From the IMG/VR virus record IMGVR_UViG_2529293142_000010: a stretch of DNA of 14,548 nt; one strand, written 5' to 3'. The notes under the pieces were generated by a model that was given only the letters and a program-made list of their open reading frames with translations, searched no databases and was not told the origin of the DNA. Numbering within the stretch: the first letter of the stretch is position 1; the number at the start of each line of letters is the position of its first letter. Source of the stretch: a virus. Lineage: Duplodnaviria > Heunggongvirae > Uroviricota > Caudoviricetes. The position numbers and the translations under genes were made by a program. This document shows positions 1 to 5,657 of this stretch, piece by piece.

Positions 1-209
1 TCTGTCTTGGAAAGAAAAATTACGTGTTCTTCGGTAGCGATCACGGCGGCGAGCGTGGTGCACTGCTGTACGGGCTGATCGGCACCTGCCGTCTGAACGG
101 TATCGATCCGGAAGCGTATCTGCGCCATATTCTGAGCGTACTGCCGGAATGGCCCTCCAACCGTGTTGACGAACTCCTGCCATGGAACGTAGTTCTCACC
201 AATAAATAA
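1..209 (+). CDS. IS66-family transposase, C-terminal fragment (5' end lies outside the window)
   Basis: Frame is open from the window edge to TAA at 207-209. The translation ...KKNYVFFGSDHGGERGALLYGLIGTCRLNGIDPEAYLRHILSVLPEWPSNRVDELLPWNV matches the conserved C-terminal motif of IS66-family transposases as I remember it. Confidence 0.8.
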   Translation, partial: CLGKKNYVFFGSDHGGERGALLYGLIGTCRLNGIDPEAYLRHILSVLPEWPSNRVDELLPWNVVLTNK

Positions 210-238
210 GCGTCAATACGGTGCTCCGTTGACGCTTA
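207..238. repeat. Perfect 10-bp inverted repeat (TAAGCGTCAA / TTGACGCTTA) with a 12-nt spacer at the IS terminus
   Basis: Read directly from the sequence: 207-216 and 229-238 are exact reverse complements. The left arm overlaps the transposase stop codon. Confidence 0.7.
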
Positions 239-239
239 C

Positions 240-335
240 AGGCAAGGCGACGCGGATCTGGTTCTTTGTTGTTTCCCGCTCGGACTTGAATGTTTCGGCA
301 AGGTCACCGCTACGAGTCTGGTCTGATATGGCCAT
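240..335 (-). pseudogene. 5' remnant of a gene interrupted by the IS66-family element (first 32 codons MAISDQTRSGDLAETFKSERETTKNQIRVALP)
   Basis: ATG at 335-333 is preceded by AGGAG (rc of 344-348) with an 8-nt spacer. The frame runs into the IS-derived sequence and stops at 215-213 after 8 further codons. Confidence 0.45.
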
Positions 336-350
336 TTGATAAACTCCTGA

Positions 351-376
351 AAACAAAAACCCGCCAAGTGGCGGGT
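351..376 (-). terminator. Rho-independent terminator closing the minus-strand cassette
   Basis: GC-rich hairpin CCCGCC-AAGT-GGCGGG at 360-375, followed on the minus strand by TTTTTGTTT (rc of 351-359). It lies about 20 nt downstream of the stop of the small ORF at 397 and is asymmetric, with no T-run on the plus-strand side. Confidence 0.75.
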
Positions 377-396
377 CTACAGGAACAACTCTAAGT

Positions 397-567
397 TTAT
401 TTTTTCTGTTTAAAATTGTCCAACTCAGGTTCTTTAACGCTTTCTGTCATGTAATCCAATCCATCAAAAGGTACTTCAAGCATTATACTGCTTTCATAAT
501 CAGCCATGGATTGCTCTGCTTGCGTTGGCTTACTTTGCTGTGAGTTGTCATTATTTGATGTTGTCAT
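397..567 (-). CDS. Small acidic hypothetical protein, 56 aa (MTTSNNDNSQQSKPTQAEQSMADYESSIMLEVPFDGLDYMTESVKEPELDNFKQKK); below the ORF-track length cutoff
   Basis: ATG at 567-565 lies 3 nt after the stop of the upstream membrane-protein gene (571-573); stop TAA at 399-397, just before the terminator. Same strand and same AT-rich composition as its neighbour. Hand translation gives 11 D/E, 5 K and no R. Confidence 0.5.
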   Translation of the reverse strand: MTTSNNDNSQQSKPTQAEQSMADYESSIMLEVPFDGLDYMTESVKEPELDNFKQKK

Positions 568-570
568 CAA

Positions 571-1125
571 CTATGCCTTATTTATCAAAAGAAAAGTAAC
601 CGATAATATGAAAAAACCGAAAGATAACGCAATTCCTTCAAAAAGATAACGAGCATAAACTGCCTTTTCTTTATGAAGACTTTCGATCAATTCAACAGCT
701 TTACCATACTGAAACATATGGTATCTAAGCGTTTTAATTTTATCACCGTAAAGTAAAAAATCATGCTCTTCTTTTCGCTTATGAATAGGCATTTTTGGTA
801 TATCTTTCAGTCCCCAAGTACGCCATAGGAAAAAAAAGCACATAACAATACAAACAAAGCATAGATATGCACAAAGTATAGATAATGTTAAAAACCAATT
901 ACTCTTTAGCCCACTTTTGAAATCAACAGTCCCAAATACAGCCAGTAGAGCAGAGGTTTCTACAGCTAAAATAGCAAGAAGGTAGTTAACTTTGTCCTCA
1001 AGACGACGATATGTTGATTTTGCTTCCTCATATCTATCTTTATAATATGACGAAATAAAATCAGCGCCTATAGTCTCAATTGCCTTTTGTTCTTCTGTTG
1101 TATCTATTGGCGAACACTTGCTCAT
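571..1125 (-). CDS. Hypothetical inner-membrane protein, 184 aa, three predicted TM helices with a charged N-terminal region of about 45 aa and a basic loop of about 60 aa
   Basis: ORF track. Hydrophobic stretches are LLAILAVETSALLAVFGTV, FLTLSILCAYLCFVCIVMCFFFLW and GIALSFGFFILSVTFLLI. Very AT-rich, roughly one third G+C by eye against over half in the structural genes. ATG at 1125 lies 7 nt after the stop of the upstream gene. Confidence 0.75.
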   Translation of the reverse strand: MSKCSPIDTTEEQKAIETIGADFISSYYKDRYEEAKSTYRRLEDKVNYLLAILAVETSALLAVFGTVDFKSGLKSNWFLTLSILCAYLCFVCIVMCFFFLWRTWGLKDIPKMPIHKRKEEHDFLLYGDKIKTLRYHMFQYGKAVELIESLHKEKAVYARYLFEGIALSFGFFILSVTFLLINKA

Positions 1126-1132
1126 TTCTTAA

Positions 1133-1480
1133 TCAACCAACAACTTTCTTACACGGGAAAGAGCCAATAATTTTCGGAGCATCCATGCTGTTCTGCAACA
1201 ACTGGACGTTCAGGAAACGCGTTTTAGTGCCCGGTCGATGGATATACTCGAACCCATAATTGTTGCCATCTTTGGCAGGCATCAACTCCATTTTGATCTG
1301 CATGCCTGTACCGTCTTTACCCAACATTTTTACTTTTTGGGATGTTACTGTTTCGCCATTGATTTTAAATAATGAGTCAGGGATCGCATCCATACGAAAG
1401 TTGCCGCATTGCATCGTTATGGTGTTTGCACTTACACCAACAGACACTAACGCCAGCAATGAAAATATCCATCGTTTCAT
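1133..1480 (-). CDS. Hypothetical secreted/periplasmic protein, 115 aa, with an N-terminal signal peptide (MKRWIFSLLALVSVGVSA|NT) and two Cys in the mature part
   Basis: The ORF-track frame 1133..1561 begins at an upstream alternative start; the first ATG with a Shine-Dalgarno (GAGAGGA upstream) is at 1480-1478, and the protein from there opens with a classic positive-hydrophobic-AXA signal peptide. There is no lipobox, so it is not called a lipoprotein. The start is 2 nt after the stop of the frameshifted tail gene. Confidence 0.7.
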   Translation of the reverse strand: MKRWIFSLLALVSVGVSANTITMQCGNFRMDAIPDSLFKINGETVTSQKVKMLGKDGTGMQIKMELMPAKDGNNYGFEYIHRPGTKTRFLNVQLLQNSMDAPKIIGSFPCKKVVG

Positions 1481-1482
1481 TT

Positions 1483-1978
1483 CTATAATCCTCTCTGCAA
1501 AGCAGTGCTGGATGGCATATCCTGCGCACCGCGCGCTTCGCACATCATATCCATGTACCACGCCTGGCCCCTTGTGTCGCCAGTGTACATAATCCCGCGC
1601 ACAATATAAACGCCATCCGTTGCGATGCTGGCAGGCTGCGATGTGGTGCCGCTTAGCGTGATATTTCCATCCGTGTTCTGGTCGGTGATCTGACCACCAG
1701 CCATCGCAATATCGTTGTTCGACAACGCGGTACGATACACTGCAGCCTGATCCAGCTGAATGAGTCCGTTAACCCGGATGTTCGGATTAATAAGCGCGCG
1801 GACGTTTACGCCGTTACCGATAGTCTGCTGCGGCATGCCAATAAGCCCGGTAGCGCTGTTTGAGCACAATCGCTTCATGAACATATTCGTTATTCGCCAC
1901 CATCTGGCGCTGACCATCCACGAATTGCCATGTTGCGCCACATTGCCCGGCTACGTTATCCATTAGGTGCCGCGTCAT
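1483..1978 (-). pseudogene. Phage tail-region gene of about 165 aa carrying an internal +1 frameshift (two overlapping reading frames)
   Basis: An ATG at 1978-1976 overlaps the stop of the upstream 190-aa gene in an ATGA arrangement and opens a frame with good codon usage that stops at 1816-1814 (MTRHLMDNVAGQCGATWQFVDGQRQMVANNEYVHEAIVLKQRYRAYWHAAADYR). The ORF-track frame 1483..1941 has junk-like W/C-rich translation at its 5' end but well-behaved codons from about 1830 down to its stop. Total length 496 nt is not a multiple of 3. Confidence 0.45.
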
Positions 1979-2547
1979 GCCAAAGAGTACCGCCCCCGGG
2001 GGAATACAGTAGCAGGCATTTCAGGCGTCAGGCCTTCGGTCGCGCCTTTGGCTTCGAAGTCTTTCATCAGCGCACGGTTTACATCAGCGACCGTGTAACC
2101 GGCAGCCAGCGTCTGTGAGGTTATACTGGTGGCAAAAGCCAGATCAGTATCTGCTGCCTGAATCAGGACGTAGGAATCAACCGGACTGTCTTTTCCTGTA
2201 ACCGAGTAGCGAATTTCACCGCTGAAAATCAGTCCGTAGTTGCGACCATCACTCTGGCCCACGTCCGCCGCGTCAACTTCCCGCACTGTCCCGACGTCGC
2301 TTGCCGACACCTCCGGCGCGATACCGTCGTAACCCGCAATCAGACGCACTTTCGAAAACTCCTGCCCGGTAATTCGGTTCACAGTATCTGCCGAGAGGTT
2401 ATAAATTTTGATAGTCCCTACCCGGGACGCGCTGCTGATGTTGAACCAGTCGATCGTAAAGGTGACTTTGAAATCACTTAGCTCAATTCCCTGACCGTTC
2501 CCGTCCACAAGCTGCAGCTCGAAATGTCTCATCCAGTTCTGTGACAT
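1975..2547 (-). CDS. Phage tail component, 190 aa (function not recognised)
   Basis: ORF track; ATG start; 2-nt gap after the upstream gene stop; typical codon usage; sits in the post-tape-measure tail gene chain. Confidence 0.7.
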   Translation of the reverse strand: MSQNWMRHFELQLVDGNGQGIELSDFKVTFTIDWFNISSASRVGTIKIYNLSADTVNRITGQEFSKVRLIAGYDGIAPEVSASDVGTVREVDAADVGQSDGRNYGLIFSGEIRYSVTGKDSPVDSYVLIQAADTDLAFATSITSQTLAAGYTVADVNRALMKDFEAKGATEGLTPEMPATVFPRGRYSLA

Positions 2548-2549
2548 GC

Positions 2550-2852
2550 TTACTCCGTTGATACCAGTAAATGGCTGCGACCGCCCAGGTCAGTTTTTGT
2601 GGGGTAATCCTGTGTGTTGTCATCACAGACCACCACCAGCTTAAAACCAAGCCCCATACAGGCGTACTGCGCCAGCAGGTCAGCACCAGTGACGAGAGGA
2701 ATACCGGAGATTACCGGCTCCCCTCTGTCGCTCTGCAGGTCCATAATCCAGTACAGATCGCGCCATATGATGCTAATCCACCAGGTGACACCACCCAGGA
2801 CGATGCTGAACTGCTGGTTGTCCGCTGTCAGCGGAATTTCCTGAATTGTCAT
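2550..2852 (-). CDS. Phage tail component, 100 aa (function not recognised)
   Basis: ORF track; its ATG overlaps the stop of the upstream 41-aa ORF (ATGA). Confidence 0.65.
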   Translation of the reverse strand: MTIQEIPLTADNQQFSIVLGGVTWWISIIWRDLYWIMDLQSDRGEPVISGIPLVTGADLLAQYACMGLGFKLVVVCDDNTQDYPTKTDLGGRSHLLVSTE

Positions 2853-2974
2853 TTGCCGCCCCCCAGTAATGACGCCACGTTACCCGTGATGCTTTTCAGC
2901 AGTGAAGTATCTGGAGGTTTTGTGGTTTTGTTGCCGCTGTTCTGTACCGCCGACGTGCTGGCCCCTTCCTTCAT
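2849..2974 (-). CDS. Small hypothetical protein, 41 aa (MKEGASTSAVQNSGNKTTKPPDTSLLKSITGNVASLLGGGK); not in the ORF track
   Basis: Its ATG (2974-2972) overlaps the TGA of the upstream ORF and its TGA (2851-2849) overlaps the ATG of the downstream ORF, both as ATGA. Codon usage looks ordinary. Confidence 0.4.
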   Translation of the reverse strand: MKEGASTSAVQNSGNKTTKPPDTSLLKSITGNVASLLGGGK

Positions 2975-3270
2975 GTTGGTTTTATCCGCGACGGTAATCT
3001 GCTATGTCCGGGAGATAATGACCTCCCGTCAGGGTGAGGACGGCGGACTAGGACGTTTTCGGTTGTCTTGTCCGTCGTCACTTCCAGCGCCCGGATCAAC
3101 ATGTTGCTGTACAGCCGTTTACCGGTTACCACATCGAAGGGGATACGGCTTTCCTGCAGACCCAGTAGCTCCTGATACGTCTGCTGAGGACTCAGGCCGA
3201 GCAGGCTGGTAGCCGTCAGGTTACTGGCAAAATCCAGCAATGCGCCGCCACCGGCAAAACCAACCTCCAT
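2971..3270 (-). CDS. Phage tail component, about 99 aa
   Basis: ORF track frame 2971..3276 begins at a GTG; the first ATG is at 3270. The 5' two thirds have good codon usage; the last 25 or so codons are rich in rare codons (AGG, AGA, ATA, TTA), so the true 3' end is uncertain. Confidence 0.55.
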   Translation of the reverse strand: MEVGFAGGGALLDFASNLTATSLLGLSPQQTYQELLGLQESRIPFDVVTGKRLYSNMLIRALEVTTDKTTENVLVRRPHPDGRSLSPGHSRLPSRIKPT

Positions 3271-3392
3271 CACCACTTCTGACGGTTTTTATAGGCATGA
3301 TCAGCGACAGCGGCCCCGACCTCTACCGGATGCTCTGTTATTTCAAGCATATCTGTGTGCTTCTCTGAAATAACAACACTGGGAACAATCAT
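3270..3392 (-). CDS. Possible small ORF, 40 aa (MIVPSVVISEKHTDMLEITEHPVEVGAAVADHAYKNRQKW) filling the gap after the tape measure gene
   Basis: ATG at 3392-3390; its TGA overlaps the ATG of the next gene by one base (TGATG). The Shine-Dalgarno is weak (AGGA immediately adjacent to the ATG). It contains the 10-bp inverted repeat at 3336-3375. Confidence 0.25.
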   Translation of the reverse strand: MIVPSVVISEKHTDMLEITEHPVEVGAAVADHAYKNRQKW

Positions 3393-3439
3393 TCCTATTT
3401 TTCTGCTCTGCTGATGAAAAAGTGTAGAGAGAATATCCA

Positions 3440-5428
3440 CTAACCCACCCTCACCTGATTACTTCGCATGACCTGAGCATTTGCAGACTGTTGCCGACGT
3501 GCAACCTCATTACCGACAGCGTGCGGATCTCCGCCACCGTAAATGTGGTAGGTATTTTGCTGGTTAACCTCTGTCACTTTGCCACTAATTCCCGCCACGG
3601 CAGCCTTATTAATCAGCTCTCGAGAATAGATATTTCTTCCATTCTCATGCTGGATAATGCTGCTCATCAATGCTGACATGGTTTGCGGATCGCTCATATT
3701 CAGGGCAGCCCGGGGATCCACTCCCAGTCGTTGCGATACAGCCCTGATATACGCGGTTGTGTTGTTATTATCAGACGCAGGTGCCCAGGTAGAGATAATT
3801 TTCTCCACACTGTTTATTCCCCGTCCGGCGTACAGCATTAACTGACGAGCAAGAGCCCGTAATCCATCAAAAGCGGTTTCAAATCTGGCAAATCGCCCGC
3901 CCGGGCGTTCAAGAGAAGCCCCAGCCTGACCAGCAAAATTAAGATTTCCCGGATTGTTATTCCGTTCTCCTCGTTTCGTAGCCTGTGCATGTTGTTCCGG
4001 CTCATCATCACCAAACCAGCCGCGTACCGTCCGGCCCACACTGCGGGGATCAAATCCCCAGTGCTCTTTAATCCAGTCGGCAGTACTGTTAGCGCTGTCT
4101 GTAACCATCGGCATCGCTGACGGATTTTCGCTGCCCTGATTAAGTATCTGTTTGCCGATGCTGACGGCATCAGCCCAGCGGCCATCTTTGATAGCGTTGA
4201 GCAGGTCGGCGATCATGTTCAGCATTTTGCTGAATTCGCCCATCTGGTCGATGAAGTTGCTGAAATCCCACTTCAGGGACCATGATTTGGGGTCAATATT
4301 GAGCAGTTTCGCCAGCGCTTTCACCAGGTCGTTAACGGTCGTTTCAAGGTCACGAACCATCTTCAGCGCGGCATCAACCTCCGGTTTCCACTTGCCCCAG
4401 TCAATCAGGCTGTCGCCGCCTTCCTTCCAGGTCTGATAGTCCTCCCACAGGAGGGCAATCCCCGCCGCCAGCGCGGTAATGAGGCCAATCGGCGACATCC
4501 AGAACGTACTGTTCAGAATGCGCAGCGCAATCGTCAGTGCGCCAAACAGCGAGATCAACTCCCGCGTTTGCTTATCCAGCGATTGCCACCAGGTGATGAG
4601 GCCTGATGTCCCCTCAATCAGTCTGAAGAACAACCGCCCGATAATATCCCCGAGCGCCAGAATGCCTTTTATGGCTTTCGTCAGGGTCTGCTCGATACGC
4701 GGGAAGTTGTCCAGGATATGGCGGCGCAGAGTGTCCAGCGAACCCGCAAGCCCACCCGCAAGATTAGAGCCGATTTTGTCACGGGCCATGCCTGCCATCG
4801 CGCCAAACTCACGCAGGGAGGTCATAAATTTGTTGGAGCTTCTGGCCGCCTCGTCAGCATTGAAGCCGATAGCTTTCGCCATTGCGCTGTACTGCCCGGA
4901 GAAGCCACCCACACCGCGACGCACAGCCATCAGGGTATTTTCGTCAATGCCCAGCATCTGCGCATACTGGTTAGCACGGTAATACGGCATGTCGCTGAGC
5001 TTCTGGCCTACCCCTGTAAAAATAGCGGCCATGTCACGCATGTTACCGCTGGCATCCCGTGTCTGTACCCCCAGACGATTCAGAAATCCCTCCGCCCCGG
5101 GATTATTACGAATAAACCGGGAGAGGTTTTCCAGAGAAGATCGCGCAGCGTCCACGCTGCCGCCAACCTGCGAAACCGCATAGCCAATAGACTGAATTCC
5201 CTGGACTGTCGCTCCGGTGCGCTGTGACGCCCAGTAAAGATTATCCAGACCGGAGGCGATCTTAGCCGTGAAGGCCACCACGGACAGCGCAGTTCCTTCG
5301 ACGGCCAGCCCCATTTTGATGACATTTGCAGTTGTACCGGCGAGGACAGAACCGAATTTTTTCGCTCCTGCATCATCCACACTGAAGCCAAGCGAGACGA
5401 GGAAATCTTTAATAGTTTCAGCGTTCAT
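3440..5428 (-). CDS. Tail tape measure protein, about 662 aa
   Basis: Large ORF directly downstream of the frameshifted chaperone; Ala/Gly-rich helical N-terminal part; internal hydrophobic segments (LISLFGALTIALRILNSTFWMSPIGLITALAAGIALLW). The ORF-track start at 5449 is a TTG; the first ATG is at 5428, preceded by GGAGAGAGG. Confidence 0.85.
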   Translation of the reverse strand: MNAETIKDFLVSLGFSVDDAGAKKFGSVLAGTTANVIKMGLAVEGTALSVVAFTAKIASGLDNLYWASQRTGATVQGIQSIGYAVSQVGGSVDAARSSLENLSRFIRNNPGAEGFLNRLGVQTRDASGNMRDMAAIFTGVGQKLSDMPYYRANQYAQMLGIDENTLMAVRRGVGGFSGQYSAMAKAIGFNADEAARSSNKFMTSLREFGAMAGMARDKIGSNLAGGLAGSLDTLRRHILDNFPRIEQTLTKAIKGILALGDIIGRLFFRLIEGTSGLITWWQSLDKQTRELISLFGALTIALRILNSTFWMSPIGLITALAAGIALLWEDYQTWKEGGDSLIDWGKWKPEVDAALKMVRDLETTVNDLVKALAKLLNIDPKSWSLKWDFSNFIDQMGEFSKMLNMIADLLNAIKDGRWADAVSIGKQILNQGSENPSAMPMVTDSANSTADWIKEHWGFDPRSVGRTVRGWFGDDEPEQHAQATKRGERNNNPGNLNFAGQAGASLERPGGRFARFETAFDGLRALARQLMLYAGRGINSVEKIISTWAPASDNNNTTAYIRAVSQRLGVDPRAALNMSDPQTMSALMSSIIQHENGRNIYSRELINKAAVAGISGKVTEVNQQNTYHIYGGGDPHAVGNEVARRQQSANAQVMRSNQVRVG

Positions 5429-5657
5429 TATCCTCTCTCCATTTCTCAATGCGCCGCTGGTTATCCGCTTTTACCGCCAGATGGTCATTCAAGAGAGCAA
5501 TGTCATACAAATCGACAGAGCCATCTTTAAGTGCTGTATAGGGAATTAACCCGGCGTCAACCGGATTGAGAAGGTAGGACAGCCCGTCCGGCAGGCTGTT
5601 AAACGTCAGCCCTGTTGCAGGCTCTGCGTCGTGCTGGTAAGGGGTGTAGGCAAAAAA
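5425..5657 (-). other. -1 frame extension of the tail assembly chaperone (GT-like fusion product); slippery heptamer T_TTT_TTG at 5657-5651
   Basis: The chaperone reads ...GGA AAT TTT TTG...; after a -1 slip the frame stays open for about 77 codons across the otherwise non-coding 177 nt between the chaperone stop and the tape measure start, ending at TGA 5427-5425 beside the tape measure ATG. Confidence 0.65.

Larger units (their letters stand above)
1..239 (+). mobile_element. IS66-family insertion sequence, right-hand end (partial)
   Basis: Transposase 3' end followed by about 30 bp ending ...GACGCTTAC at 239, whose reverse complement begins GTAAGCG; I associate GTAA-initiated termini with IS66-family inverted repeats. 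Minus-strand host or phage coding begins directly beyond. The exact boundary is inferred. Confidence 0.55.

Noticed and set aside
397-1480. Interpretation of the AT-rich cassette as the phage lysis cassette (holin, endolysin, spanin)
   Set aside because: No endolysin-sized protein or lysozyme-like motif is present; the membrane protein is larger than typical holins and has a long soluble N-terminus and loop; the secreted protein is not a lipoprotein spanin.
1484-1489. Perfect TATAAT hexamer on the plus strand
   Set aside because: It would drive transcription antisense to the whole operon, has no convincing -35 partner, and the same bases on the minus strand form the Shine-Dalgarno and start region of the secreted-protein gene.
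2971-3060. Possible frameshift at the 3' end of the 99-aa tail gene (rare-codon tail in frame, cleaner 21-codon alternative in the +1 frame)
   Set aside because: The in-frame stop makes a precise ATGA overlap with the next ORF and the alternative frame is short; the evidence is insufficient to call a frameshift.
5429-5449. ORF-track start of the tape measure gene at 5449
   Set aside because: That start codon is TTG; the first ATG is at 5428 and has a strong GGAGAGAGG Shine-Dalgarno, so the later start is preferred. The 7662..8288 ORF likewise starts at a TTG in the track.
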